NCBI GenBank assembly: GCA_015521295.1
Contig: WAOL01000065.1
Coordinates: forward strand, 1 to 57,499
Source of the DNA: Desulfurococcales archaeon
Lineage (GTDB): Archaea > Thermoproteota > Thermoprotei_A > Sulfolobales > NBVN01
Length of the DNA: 57,499 nucleotides
Reading direction: 5' to 3'
The notes under the pieces are model-generated. The model was not told where the DNA came from, searched no databases, and saw only the letters and a list, made by a program, of their open reading frames with translations. The translations under genes were made by a program, and so were the position numbers. Positions 18,849 through 28,946 of this stretch are shown in pieces. Each line of letters opens with the position of its first letter. The first letter of the stretch is position 1.

Positions 18849-19271
18849 CTATTGTGTTCGGTTTTCCTTAATGTACTTAAACACGCTTATTACGGCTTTG
18901 AACTCCTCAGGAAATACCTCAGCTGGGTTGCTCGCTTCCCTCAACTTACTAAAGTTCTCCATAACCCAGTCGCAGAGTAGCGACACACTTACTTCACCTG
19001 TGCTGGGATTCAGTAGCAATGGAAACATACGGCACGATGACGGTCTGTAGTTGTAAATACTGCAACCTCTTTTCTTCACGTCATAGAAGGGGCAGAACCC
19101 CTCTATTACCCACTGATAGAGTCCTTCCCTCACCTTACGGAACTTTAAGTTAATCCCTCTTTGCGTCGCTATTTCCTTCAACCGACGATAATCGCTCTCG
19201 GTAAGTATGGGATAGTCAGGAGACCCAGCGAAGAAGCAGCAGTGAATGCACCTGTAACAAGTAAATTTCAT
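18849..19271 (-). CDS. YkgJ/UPF0153-family Cys-cluster protein
   Basis: F.C.RC.HCC...CPF......CSIY..RP..CR.FP. Confidence 0.9.
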   Translation of the reverse strand: MKFTCYRCIHCCFFAGSPDYPILTESDYRRLKEIATQRGINLKFRKVREGLYQWVIEGFCPFYDVKKRGCSIYNYRPSSCRMFPLLLNPSTGEVSVSLLCDWVMENFSKLREASNPAEVFPEEFKAVISVFKYIKENRTQ

Positions 19272-19276
19272 CCCGC

Positions 19277-19678
19277 TCACACTTCGGCACATATTAACTT
19301 AACCTTAATAACGCTACCATCCCCTAGACCTAACTCCTTCCTTAGGTTCTTCTCAGCCACTACCTCCAGCACGTTCTCCGGGTGCTTAGTCAGGAAAGGT
19401 CTTATCACTAGGACGTGAATATTGGGCTCGACAATATTTCCGAACCAGTAATAGAATCCACCGTACTCATGGCCATTCATTACGACACTCTTTATCTGTA
19501 GGGGCGGGCATTCGCTGAGGAGTTCCTTGTAACTCTCTTGGATGTCTATGTTGAGGGTTCCTGGGTAGGGTGTATCGTCCAGGAGCTCTGTGAGAAGGAT
19601 ATTGTATACGGGCATGGTCACGTACTTAGCTCCCTCACCGAGGCCCGACACCACCTTGCCCTCAACGATTCTTGACAA
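19277..19678 (-). CDS. ribK: CTP-dependent riboflavin kinase
   Basis: GKVVSGLGEGAKY, PYPGTLN, LEVVA..NLR..LGL.DG. Confidence 0.92.
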   Translation of the reverse strand: MSRIVEGKVVSGLGEGAKYVTMPVYNILLTELLDDTPYPGTLNIDIQESYKELLSECPPLQIKSVVMNGHEYGGFYYWFGNIVEPNIHVLVIRPFLTKHPENVLEVVAEKNLRKELGLGDGSVIKVKLICAEV

Positions 19679-20300
19679 GTTTTCTCCTCACCTCCTTGGT
19701 CACTTTGTCGGCGACGTACGTCGGTTCAGGTAGTGAGTGTCCCTTAAAAAGTATCTTGCTAAGCCTTTCAATTTCCTCTAACCCGACTTTGTGACCTATG
19801 CTTAAGTATATTGTTTTACTCTTCCTTGGCCTAACGACTATCGCCCCGGGTCTTCCATTAATGAATAGGTACTCCTTTCCATTAACCTCCCTCACCTCTC
19901 CAGTAAGCACTTTCTTCGCAGCCCCTATGCTGGGTGTGTCCAGCACAACGCCTATGTGTGAAGCAATACCTAACCCCCTAGGGTGGGTGACGCCGTGTCC
20001 GTCTACCACTATGAGGTCTGCTTGAACGCCAAGTTTCTCGTAAGCCTTAAACATTAACGGTGCTTCCCTAAAGGCAAGGAGCCCCGGCACGTAAGGTATT
20101 GGCACCTCACCAATCACTACTGAGTAACGGATAAGCCTTAAGTCAGGCATGCGTGTGAGCGCGGCGACTGCGACACCCTTATTACCCACGTATGCCAGGT
20201 CTAGACCAACAACGAACTCAAGCTTACTTACCCTGCCTTCCCAAGACACCTTCTCCGCAAGAAGCCTTTGAAGTTTAAAGGCCTTCCTAGCGCTGAACAT
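19662..20300 (-). CDS. nfi: Endonuclease V
   Basis: GLDLAY, PYVPGLLAFRE, VDGHG.THPR..GIASH.G, LPEPT..AD. Confidence 0.96.
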   Translation of the reverse strand: MFSARKAFKLQRLLAEKVSWEGRVSKLEFVVGLDLAYVGNKGVAVAALTRMPDLRLIRYSVVIGEVPIPYVPGLLAFREAPLMFKAYEKLGVQADLIVVDGHGVTHPRGLGIASHIGVVLDTPSIGAAKKVLTGEVREVNGKEYLFINGRPGAIVVRPRKSKTIYLSIGHKVGLEEIERLSKILFKGHSLPEPTYVADKVTKEVRRKLVKNR

Positions 20301-20329
20301 GGCCTTCAGCTTCTTTTCCTCCAGATTAC

Positions 20330-20944
20330 TTACCTTAAGGTAATGCTCTCGCTCCAGGATTTACTCGGCGTAATCACCACTACGTCGATGCCGTCACCTG
20401 AAGTCGCGTCCCTGCTAATTGCGGCTTTAATTGCGTTTAGGGCGAGTTCCTTCGCTTCCTCAGGGCTTAGATCCTTACGGTACTTGCTTTCGACAATACC
20501 TATAGCTATTGGGGCCCCAGTACCTATTGCGGCGTAATCATCCTCGATGACGGAACCCAGTGAATCCATTACGTATAAATGAGGGCCTTCCTCGTCTATG
20601 CCGCCGAAAATCACTTCAGATAGGAAAGGCATAAACTTGTACTGGTACATAATCACGGAGAGTAGCCTAACGGCCGACTTCACACTCATCTTACGTGAGT
20701 TCTCTATCTCGTAGTCATGGATTTGAAGGGTCATTATCCGCTTAAGTGTCTGGATGTCCGCGAAGAGTCCTGCAAATGCTAGGCCGTACCTGTCTTTTAT
20801 GAGGAATACCTTGCGTCCTGCCTTACTCATTACGAAGCCTCCATACGCTATCCGGCGCTCAGCGGCTAGGATTACGGAGTCCTTGGTTTTTAAGCCTACG
20901 GCGGTTGCACCTGTTCCCAGCTTCTCGTAGGACACGTCCCGCAC
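20330..20944 (-). CDS. psmB: Proteasome beta subunit (ATAVG type, probably the non-catalytic paralog)
   Basis: ATAVGLK..DSVILAAERR, AIGTGA, RDATSGDG. Confidence 0.93.
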   Translation of the reverse strand: MRDVSYEKLGTGATAVGLKTKDSVILAAERRIAYGGFVMSKAGRKVFLIKDRYGLAFAGLFADIQTLKRIMTLQIHDYEIENSRKMSVKSAVRLLSVIMYQYKFMPFLSEVIFGGIDEEGPHLYVMDSLGSVIEDDYAAIGTGAPIAIGIVESKYRKDLSPEEAKELALNAIKAAISRDATSGDGIDVVVITPSKSWSESITLR

Positions 20945-20998
20945 CTACTATCAATGGGGTGTGTCGAATTTTAAGGTTAAGGTTTACTTCCGCCGACA

Positions 20999-21283
20999 TT
21001 GTTTAGATTCCTAGAGGTTGGGGAGGTGAAGGATAACACCATAGCCGGCATGCTGAACAAAATAGTGTGGGTGGATAAGGCTAACTTACGTAGGTACTCA
21101 GTAATTGTTATTGATAGGTTACGGCCTGGAGGTTTACGCGAGGTACAGCTCTCGGAGAGCGTTAAGGTGCTTAAGGACAGGCTAATAATCGGTGAAACTA
21201 CAATACCTATCCACAGGATCGTGGAGATAAGGAGAGATGGTGAGCCGGTATGGGTGAGGAAGTCTGCATCAGCGAGGAAGTGA
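20999..21283 (+). CDS. DUF504/UPF0248-like protein
   Basis: LNKIVW...IDR...IPIHRIVEI...G..VW; true start may be GTG 21026. Confidence 0.8.
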   Translation: MFRFLEVGEVKDNTIAGMLNKIVWVDKANLRRYSVIVIDRLRPGGLREVQLSESVKVLKDRLIIGETTIPIHRIVEIRRDGEPVWVRKSASARK

Positions 21284-22281
21284 AGGGTGCTTCACCAGTT
21301 CCTTACTCAGATGTGCGTCGACGTGTCCTCGAGATATTTCGTAAGCCGGTGCCCCTAGCGAAAGGTGTCAAGAAAAAAGGCATGGTTAAGCATCTGATCA
21401 AGGTTGATAGGGTATACGGTTACATAGACTCGGCAGTCTTTGCTAAAGTAGAGAAATTGCCGAAGCCCGAGGAATTAAACGCGTTCTACGCAGAAATATT
21501 GAAGCTCGCTGGCATAACGGATTACGCGGACATCCTCAGGAAATTCAGGGGATACCGCAGGGTACTCAGGAAACTGTGGAAGGAGTACAGGCTCAAAATA
21601 AAGTCAACAGTGTCTGCTAGGGAAGCAAATGACGTTGCTAGGGAATTCGTTGGACGAACACTATCCCTCGTGAAGAGGATAAGGAAGGACATAGACCTAC
21701 TTAGGGCGGCCATAGCCGAACTCCGTAAGCTACCGTGCTTCAACTTCAACGAACCAATAATCGTTGTTGCGGGAATGCCTCAGGTAGGTAAGTCAACCTT
21801 TGTTCGCAGGGTCTCCACAGCTGAACCCGAGGTTTCTCCATTCCCATTCACAACGAAGGATGTGATATTGGGCCACATGTTCTTAGACCACGTGAGGGTT
21901 CAGATAATAGACACACCTGGAATCCTTGACAGACCTCTCGACGAGCTAAACGAGATAGAGCGTAAGGCTGTGAGTGCAGTGAGGTTTCTCGGGGACGTAC
22001 TATTATTCCTCATAGACCCCAGGTCATCAAGCTACTATTCCTTAGAGGAGCAGTTGGGACTGCTACGCATGGTAAGAAGCATCTTCAGAGGCAAAGGTAT
22101 GATAGTAGCTGTGAACAAGATAGATGAGGTCAATGACAGCAGGCTAGAGTACGTTGTGAAAAAAATAAGGAAAGTATTTGATGGTGAGATATACTTAATC
22201 AGCGCGCTTCAGGGTACGGGAGTTGATGCTGTTCTACGGAGACTGCTTGAACTTGCGGCAAGTAAGTACCTCACGACTTAA
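21250..22281 (+). CDS. NOG1-family GTPase
   Basis: GMPQVGKST, PFTTK, DTPGILDR, NKID. Confidence 0.93.
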   Translation: MGEEVCISEEVKGASPVPYSDVRRRVLEIFRKPVPLAKGVKKKGMVKHLIKVDRVYGYIDSAVFAKVEKLPKPEELNAFYAEILKLAGITDYADILRKFRGYRRVLRKLWKEYRLKIKSTVSAREANDVAREFVGRTLSLVKRIRKDIDLLRAAIAELRKLPCFNFNEPIIVVAGMPQVGKSTFVRRVSTAEPEVSPFPFTTKDVILGHMFLDHVRVQIIDTPGILDRPLDELNEIERKAVSAVRFLGDVLLFLIDPRSSSYYSLEEQLGLLRMVRSIFRGKGMIVAVNKIDEVNDSRLEYVVKKIRKVFDGEIYLISALQGTGVDAVLRRLLELAASKYLTT

Positions 22282-23023
22282 CTAATTCCTTGAATCTGAG
22301 TGCGTCGTCACGCATGTAGACGTTGTTAAATAGCACGAAGACCTTCTTAGAGCCTACATTGAGTACTTTCTCCCTCAGTTCCCTAAGGTCATCGTCAGTA
22401 TACCTGTACCTATAGTTCACCTCAGTGCCCCCTATCCCATGTAGCCTAAAGTATGTTGCATCCTTCTCAATCACTGGGGCCCATCTGAATGGGTCGACAA
22501 CATGTACCAGCCAATCATATCTTAGGACAACGTCCTTAAGCTCCGCCTCATGCTCTCTCCAATCTCCCCTGACTTCGAGGCCAATCAAGTAATTCCTTGG
22601 CTTAATAGTTGAGAAGAACTCCGTCATATTCCTTAGGTTTTCCTCTGTGAATTTGAAGGAAGGGGGTAACTGAATGATTATGAACTCGGCCTGAATGGTA
22701 TTGGCCGCCTTATCTATCACCTCCCACGCCTCGAAGTTCTCCTTGGTTGGCCTGAGGTACCCGTACTTGTCCCACTTATCTTTGGGTGGCACCATCTTAG
22801 CTCGTCTCCAAGTCCTCATATTGGGTGGGTGTGTTATAGCTTGCCAAGCTTTCATAGTGAACTTGAAGTTAGCGGGTGCTTCGTCACGTAGTTTACTTAG
22901 TTTACCCTCGTCAGGAGGGTTATAGAACGTGTCCTGAAGCTCCACAACATCGAATAACGTGTAGTACTTGCGGCGCCCAACGGCGAAACCGCAGCACCCC
23001 ACAAAAATGTTTTGCGGGGGCAT
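22271..23023 (-). CDS. DUF72 protein
   Basis: VGCCGF, VELQDTFY, QLPPSF, YFRLHG, FNN. Confidence 0.92.
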   Translation of the reverse strand: MPPQNIFVGCCGFAVGRRKYYTLFDVVELQDTFYNPPDEGKLSKLRDEAPANFKFTMKAWQAITHPPNMRTWRRAKMVPPKDKWDKYGYLRPTKENFEAWEVIDKAANTIQAEFIIIQLPPSFKFTEENLRNMTEFFSTIKPRNYLIGLEVRGDWREHEAELKDVVLRYDWLVHVVDPFRWAPVIEKDATYFRLHGIGGTEVNYRYRYTDDDLRELREKVLNVGSKKVFVLFNNVYMRDDALRFKELVKS

Positions 23024-23431
23024 TCACATCGCCTTTCTAATAACTGGTTTCAAGCTAATTATCTTAAGGCCCTTCTCGCTGACTTTGCTCTTGAGGAGCT
23101 CTGCCGCCTTTAGGTCAAGAACTAATGTCGTTACTTGACACCTGTACCTATCACTTTCCTCCTTGTAGCATCTTAAAAGCCGCACCTCCCCGCCACTTTC
23201 AACGATAGCAGCCGTCAGCTGCTGGACGTCTTCAGCCTTGTTCAGGAGTACTTCGAAGTCGACGGCGAGTTCTCCAGGTGTTGACGCTGGTCGCAGGATA
23301 ATCACGCCCTCATCCCTGCTTACCTCAAGCTCAACGTACGATTCAGGCTCTATGCCAATAGCCTCCCTTAAGTAAAGGGGTATGGTTACCCTTCCCTTAC
23401 TATCCACTTTAACAAGCGCCCTTAACGACAT
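23024..23431 (-). CDS. AbrB/SpoVT-family DNA-binding protein with C-terminal ACT-like domain
   Basis: KVDSKGRVTIP..LRE.IGI. Confidence 0.85.
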   Translation of the reverse strand: MSLRALVKVDSKGRVTIPLYLREAIGIEPESYVELEVSRDEGVIILRPASTPGELAVDFEVLLNKAEDVQQLTAAIVESGGEVRLLRCYKEESDRYRCQVTTLVLDLKAAELLKSKVSEKGLKIISLKPVIRKAM

Positions 23432-23531
23432 GTGCTAGGATTCCCCCAACGATAAGGGTGGGAAATGGAGTAAAGAAGGTTCCTCAAGCACTGTACAAAA
23501 ATTTTTACCCTTCAGACGACAGTGATGTTCG

Positions 23532-23579
23532 ATGATGAGCGGAACACGGTGTGATGGATGATCGACCCCGCATTTCTGA
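23532..23579 (+). ncRNA. Box C/D guide sRNA
   Basis: C ATGATGA, 12-nt guide, D' GTGA, C' TGGATGA, guide, D CTGA 23576. Confidence 0.8.
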
Positions 23580-23581
23580 AA

Positions 23582-24766
23582 CTAACCGCTCACGCTTGAA
23601 GCCTTAATGTCCCTAGCCACCCTCGCTAGATCATCGATGAAAGCGTTAATCACTTCCTTCGTTATGTGAGGCATTATGGTGATCTTGATCCCACCAAGGC
23701 TTGGACACGAATATACGTACCACCCCATCTTACGTAGCCTCCAAAGGAGCTCTATTCCAGGCAACTTGTCATGCCGTATGCACATAAGAGGGAGTTCCGG
23801 TCTGGTGGGGTTAAAGCCCTCACTGAGGAGACGCTCATACGCGTAGTCAGCTATCCTTATACACTCGCTATAGGTTTTCTCAAAGCCCTCACGTCCAAGG
23901 TACTTTATTGAGGCCCAAAGCGACGCAACCGACGCAGCTGTCCTAGTCCACAGCAAGCTTAACTGCTTTTCAGACCCCATATACTCGCTCTCGAAGACCA
24001 CGTTATCATACAGATCCTCCCTTCCAAATAATAGCATACCAGAAGGTATAGGAGTCAACCCAGCCTTATGTCCATCCAAACTCAGCGCGACGACGCTATC
24101 AATGCGGAAGTCAAAATCAGGTAACTTCCTTAAGCCGGTAATGAATGGGGCTATTAAGCCACCGAATGCGGCATCAACAAATATCGGAGCATCCGGTACT
24201 AAGTCATGAACAGACCTCACATCATCTATGACTCCCGTCTCAGTATTGCCTGCAGTGAGGAGGATTACTGAACTACTCCCCGCCTCACGAACGATCGCAC
24301 GGACACTCTCAGGCACAACCCTGAGTTCCTCATCTACATCAGCAACAAATATGCGCATCCGCAACACTCTACACGCTTTGAAAACAGAGGCGTGCGCAGA
24401 GCGCGGCACGATCACGTTTTCGTAACCTGCTTCCCGCAATGCGTAGAGGGCCGTTAAGTTAGATTCGCTACCGCCATACGTCGGTATGCCCTGAGCCTCA
24501 GGGTTGCCGAGGAGATCTCCTAGCATAGTGACTGTTTCGTGAAGAAGGTCAGCCGACACCCTAAACCATTGAAGGTCATTCAAATTCCTTCTAAGGAAAA
24601 CCATGTGTGCCTTCAACGACACGGGCAAGGGCGTGGACATCATCGGACCTAAAGAGCGCTGATCCCCTAGCTCGGGTTCACGCTCATTCAACTTGTCTAG
24701 GAGCTCAAATACCTTTTCCCCTAACCCTCTTGCAGGGAACTTACGCGCCCCTATATGCCTTTGCAA
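23582..24766 (-). CDS. mfnA: Group II PLP-dependent decarboxylase (MfnA, L-aspartate/L-tyrosine decarboxylase-like)
   Basis: GGSESN, SAHAS, G.TETG.ID, VDAAFGG, DGHK (PLP Lys); SD GGAGG before the TTG. Confidence 0.85.
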   Translation of the reverse strand: MQRHIGARKFPARGLGEKVFELLDKLNEREPELGDQRSLGPMMSTPLPVSLKAHMVFLRRNLNDLQWFRVSADLLHETVTMLGDLLGNPEAQGIPTYGGSESNLTALYALREAGYENVIVPRSAHASVFKACRVLRMRIFVADVDEELRVVPESVRAIVREAGSSSVILLTAGNTETGVIDDVRSVHDLVPDAPIFVDAAFGGLIAPFITGLRKLPDFDFRIDSVVALSLDGHKAGLTPIPSGMLLFGREDLYDNVVFESEYMGSEKQLSLLWTRTAASVASLWASIKYLGREGFEKTYSECIRIADYAYERLLSEGFNPTRPELPLMCIRHDKLPGIELLWRLRKMGWYVYSCPSLGGIKITIMPHITKEVINAFIDDLARVARDIKASSVSG

Positions 24767-24844
24767 CCGTCCTCCCGCAGTATTAGGTTCGCGTGCGTTA
24801 AATGCTTAAATGACGCTGGTACTAGTAGGTTAGGTGGCGCTGAG

Positions 24845-27838
24845 TTGGTTAACGAGAATAGCGGTAAGGGAACACAGGTTCCAAGTAATGTCAATGACAT
24901 GGCTTCCTACATCGATTATTTAAAGAGTATCGCAATGAAGTGGCTTGAGGTTTGGGAAAGGGAGAAAGTTTACGAAGCGGATCCAGACCCAAGTAGGAGG
25001 AAGTACTTCATAACGGCTGCCTTCATGTATCCTAACGGGCCAGCGCACATAGGTCATGCTAGGACCTACGTGATACCCGATGTCATCGCCAGGTTTAAGA
25101 GGGCTTTAGGGTATGACGTGCTGTTCCCAATGGGCTTTCACTACACGGGCACGCCAATACTCTCAACAGCGAATAAGGTAGCGTCAGGCGACGAAAACTT
25201 CATAAGGAGCATGGCTGCAGCCTTCGGGATACCCGAGGAGGAATTCCGCAAGTTGACGGAGCCGTTGAAGCTAGCCAGGTACTTCCACAGCATATCGAAG
25301 GATGCTATGAGGTTCTACGGCCTGTCAATAGACTGGAGACGCGAGTTCACTACAGTAGACCCTGAATTTAAGGCATTCATTCGGTGGCAGTTCAGTAAGC
25401 TAAAGGAGAAGGGATACCTAGTTAAGGGATCACACCCGGTTGGATGGTGCCCTAGGGACGAGATGCCTGTTGGGATGCATGACACCAAGGACGATGTGGA
25501 ACCGGAGATTGGGGAAGTCACCCTCATAAAGTTCGTGGATAATTCAGGGAAGTTCTACCCCACAGCCACGTTAAGGCCAGAAACTGTGCTTGGAGTAACG
25601 AACATCTGGGTCAACCCTAACGTGGAGTACTGCATCTGCGACGTTAACGTAGGTGGGAGGACTGAGAAGTGGTTTCTTGCGTGTAAGGCGGCCTGGCGTC
25701 TGTCTTTCCAGCTAGACCTTAAGGTGGTTGAGAGGGTTTCTGGGAAAGAATTGGTGGGTAGGAAGGTCATTAACCCCTTAACAGGGCGTGAGGTTGAGAT
25801 ACTGCCCGCAACGTTCGTGTCTGAAGGCTTCGGAACGGGCATAGTGATGAGTGTGCCAGCTCATGCACCCTACGACTACGCTGCCCTCAGGGACTACGTG
25901 ATTAAGTTCCGAGAGGGAAGGTGGGGCGACCTAACACCCATTCCGCTAATAGTTGTTGAGGGCTACAGTGATGTTCCTGCGAGGGATGCGGTAGAGCGTA
26001 GGGGCGTAAAGTCTCAGGAGGATACAGAGAAGCTCGAGGACGCCACGAAGGAGATATACAGGGCGGAACACAGTAAGGGCATCATGAGAGAGGGCTTAGA
26101 AAAGCTAGTAGCTAAGGAGATAATTCCAGGCGCGAGGCAATTCATTACTGAGTCAATTAACGGCGTACCAGTACAGGAGGCTAGGGAGAGGATAAAGGAG
26201 TACCTGACGAAGAATGATTATGCGTGCATTGCGTACGAATTAATGAATGCCCCAGTATACTGCAGGTGCGGTGCTGAAATCGTTGTTAAGTTACTGAGAG
26301 ATCAGTGGTTCCTAGACTACGGTAACCCCGAATGGAAGGAACTAGCAAGGAAGCTACTAGCTAGGATGAGGATAATACCTGAGGCAAGACGTAGTGAGTT
26401 CATAGCAACCATAGAATGGCTTAAGGCGAGGGCATGCGCCAGGAGCCGTGGGCTAGGCACGGAATTACCGTGGGATAAAGGATGGATAATAGAGTCCTTA
26501 AGCGACTCAACGATCTACATGGCGTTCTACACAGTTATACATAGAATAAGGAAATATGGAATAAGCGACACCCAGCTAACACCGGAGTTCTGGGATTACG
26601 TAATGCTAGGTAAAGGAGACGCTAGGGAAGTATCCATCAAGACAGGTATCAATGAGGACGTGCTCAAGGAGTTAAGAGAGGAATTCAACTACTGGTACCC
26701 CCTAGACTCCCGGAACAGCGGCAAGGACTTAATACCTAGCCACCTAACGTTCTTCATATTCAACCACGCAGCCATATACCCGCCGGAAAAGTGGCCTAAG
26801 CAGATAGTGGCCAACGGTTGGGTCCTCGTCAAGGGAGAGAAGATGTCGAAGTCAAAAGGTAACGTGATGATCCTACACGGTCTAGTGAATACGTTCTCGC
26901 CAGACATAGTTAGGTTAGCAATGACGTTAGGCGCTGAAGTTGAGGCAGACATGAACTTCACCATAGAGCTAGTGGATAACGTCGGCGGCAGGCTCAGGAA
27001 AGTGGAAACCATGATTAGGGACCTGTACGGCAAGTGCAATGCGGAGGGTGAGGGCATAGCTGAGAAGTGGATAGCGTCCCGGTTCGCGTTACATGTGAGG
27101 AGGGCAATCAGCGAGTTAGAGAATGTCCGCGTAAGGGCGGCTGGAATCAGAATATTCTACCTAATACCTCAGGACATTGAGGAGTACCTCAAGATGGTTG
27201 ATAAACCTTCAAAGATCCTCAAGAGAATTATTGAGGAATGGATAAAACTAATGTCGATCTATACACCCTTCATAGCTGAGGAGTTATGGCACGCTATCGG
27301 CAAGGGTACGCTAGTTGTAAGGGAGCGCTGGCTTTCGGAGGACGAGCTAAGGAAGATGACGCATGAGGATGTGCTACTGAAGGTCGAGTACGTTAGGAGG
27401 CTAATTCAGGATGTCAAGGAAGTACTGAGGGTCATCGGTAAGGGTAAGGGTATCGTGGTTTACGTGGTTCCTAAGGAATCATACACACACCTCCTCAAAG
27501 TAGCTGAAATCATAAACGCGGGAGGCAAGATCGGGGACGTAATGCGGTACGTTGCCAAAGAGATGAGTGTGAAGGGGAAGGAGGTTCCAAGAGTAGGTAA
27601 GATGTTACTAGAGCTCGCAGTGTCGATGGATCCTGAGGTAATGAACATGCTCAAGAAGGCAGGCGGGATCGACGAGGCAGAAGCTATTAACGAGTTAAGG
27701 CATTACGTAGAGCGTGAGACTGGAGTGAAGATTGTAGGGATCTACCGAGCCGACGATCCTAAAGTCCCTGACATGGGTGGGAAGAAGAGGCAGGCTCTCC
27801 CATGGAAACCCGGAATCTATGTAACCGGCGCTGAGTAA
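24845..27838 (+). CDS. leuS: Leucyl-tRNA synthetase (archaeal type)
   Basis: YPNGPAHIGH, TLRPET, GTGIVMSVPAHAPYD, KMSKS; start TTG 24845 or ATG 24899. Confidence 0.97.
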   Translation: MVNENSGKGTQVPSNVNDMASYIDYLKSIAMKWLEVWEREKVYEADPDPSRRKYFITAAFMYPNGPAHIGHARTYVIPDVIARFKRALGYDVLFPMGFHYTGTPILSTANKVASGDENFIRSMAAAFGIPEEEFRKLTEPLKLARYFHSISKDAMRFYGLSIDWRREFTTVDPEFKAFIRWQFSKLKEKGYLVKGSHPVGWCPRDEMPVGMHDTKDDVEPEIGEVTLIKFVDNSGKFYPTATLRPETVLGVTNIWVNPNVEYCICDVNVGGRTEKWFLACKAAWRLSFQLDLKVVERVSGKELVGRKVINPLTGREVEILPATFVSEGFGTGIVMSVPAHAPYDYAALRDYVIKFREGRWGDLTPIPLIVVEGYSDVPARDAVERRGVKSQEDTEKLEDATKEIYRAEHSKGIMREGLEKLVAKEIIPGARQFITESINGVPVQEARERIKEYLTKNDYACIAYELMNAPVYCRCGAEIVVKLLRDQWFLDYGNPEWKELARKLLARMRIIPEARRSEFIATIEWLKARACARSRGLGTELPWDKGWIIESLSDSTIYMAFYTVIHRIRKYGISDTQLTPEFWDYVMLGKGDAREVSIKTGINEDVLKELREEFNYWYPLDSRNSGKDLIPSHLTFFIFNHAAIYPPEKWPKQIVANGWVLVKGEKMSKSKGNVMILHGLVNTFSPDIVRLAMTLGAEVEADMNFTIELVDNVGGRLRKVETMIRDLYGKCNAEGEGIAEKWIASRFALHVRRAISELENVRVRAAGIRIFYLIPQDIEEYLKMVDKPSKILKRIIEEWIKLMSIYTPFIAEELWHAIGKGTLVVRERWLSEDELRKMTHEDVLLKVEYVRRLIQDVKEVLRVIGKGKGIVVYVVPKESYTHLLKVAEIINAGGKIGDVMRYVAKEMSVKGKEVPRVGKMLLELAVSMDPEVMNMLKKAGGIDEAEAINELRHYVERETGVKIVGIYRADDPKVPDMGGKKRQALPWKPGIYVTGAE

Positions 27839-27851
27839 CTACTCTTGGGCT

Positions 27852-27901
27852 ATGATGTCTACGACGGGCGGACTGAACGTGATGAACCACTGTAGCGCTG
27901 A
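27852..27901 (+). ncRNA. Box C/D guide sRNA (probable 16S C1402)
   Basis: C ATGATGT, D' CTGA 27873, C' GTGATGA, D CTGA 27898, terminal stem GGGCT/AGCCC; guide CGACGGGCGG antisense to 16S CCGCCCGUCG. Confidence 0.9.
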
Positions 27902-27905
27902 GCCC

Positions 27906-28151
27906 TCATTTTTGCTTCAGAAGTAAACGATCACGTATATACTTCACAAGCTTGTACCATAGGAAGAGCCAGACAGCATTAATTAGCAGGTACGCAATGA
28001 CGCTAATGACTTGACGTAGGACAGGCGTGCCAGTATCAAGTATGCGTAAACTCATAATCAGAAAGGGTTGCACGGCAATCCAGACGATCCCGTAAAGCAC
28101 TAGCATCAAGGGTATCTCAATTGCCCGCAGTATCCGCGCGATGCTCACCAT
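27906..28151 (-). CDS. Small two-TM hypothetical membrane protein
   Basis: 81-aa hydrophobic ORF with ATG start. Confidence 0.7.
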   Translation of the reverse strand: MVSIARILRAIEIPLMLVLYGIVWIAVQPFLIMSLRILDTGTPVLRQVISVIAYLLINAVWLFLWYKLVKYIRDRLLLKQK

Positions 28152-28217
28152 ACCTAAGCCCTAAATAAGGTTATAGTAAACCTAATTTAAGTGGAGGACT
28201 TAATAATAGAGCCTCAC

Positions 28218-28272
28218 GTGATGAGTACCTCCGGTACTGACCTACGTGGTTGATGAGAAGGCATTTGCCTGA
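28218..28272 (+). ncRNA. Box C/D guide sRNA (probable 23S ~A1938)
   Basis: C GTGATGA, D' CTGA 28237, C' TTGATGA, D CTGA 28269; guide AAGGCATTTG antisense to 23S CAAAUGCCUU. Confidence 0.88.
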
Positions 28273-28319
28273 TAATCATCCTGACCATTAAAACAAACTA
28301 AGGTCGAGACCAGGAGAAG

Positions 28320-28372
28320 TCACCGCGTGGGTTTGTCATCATTATTCAGCGCTTATAGACCTAGATCATCCC
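28320..28372 (-). ncRNA. Probable box C/D sRNA
   Basis: Minus strand reads GGGATGA-guide-CTGA-ATA-ATGATGA-CAAACCCACGCG-GTGA. Confidence 0.6.
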
Positions 28373-28455
28373 TCACTAATGCGGTTCCTTACAAAGTAAA
28401 AATCATTCCCTTCCGAGATTCCATATAGGTGGGTGAGTGGTAATAGTAATGTTTG

Positions 28456-28570
<115 letters not shown>

Positions 28571-28690
28571 CCAACATCTTTATTATATCGCAAACTTAAA
28601 CTTATCGAGTGAGGCGTTGATTCACGCGTTAAAGCTTATAATTAGAGTTCTAGATTTCCTAGTTAGCTGGGAGTAGCGGGTTGATAATTC

Positions 28691-28939
28691 ATGTCCGGAA
28701 AGAAGAAAATCAGAATCACGGATCACGAGCTCGTCCCGAAGCACGAGGTAGTGCCGAAAGAGGAAGTTATTAAGATATTAAAGGAATTGGGTGTAACGCC
28801 TCAGCAGCTCCCCCTACTGAGAGCATCAGACCCTGTCGCCAGGGAAATTGGGGCTAAGCCAGGCGATGTTGTTAGGATAATAAGGAAATCACCAACTGCG
28901 GGCAAGATAGTTATTTACAGGTTCGTGATTGCGGGGTGA
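28691..28939 (+). CDS. rpoH: RNA polymerase subunit H (Rpo5)
   Basis: [31 protein letters not shown]. Confidence 0.97.
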   Translation: MSGKKKIRITDHELVPKHEVVPKEEVIKILKELGVTPQQLPLLRASDPVAREIGAKPGDVVRIIRKSPTAGKIVIYRFVIAG

Positions 28940-28946
28940 TGGAAGA

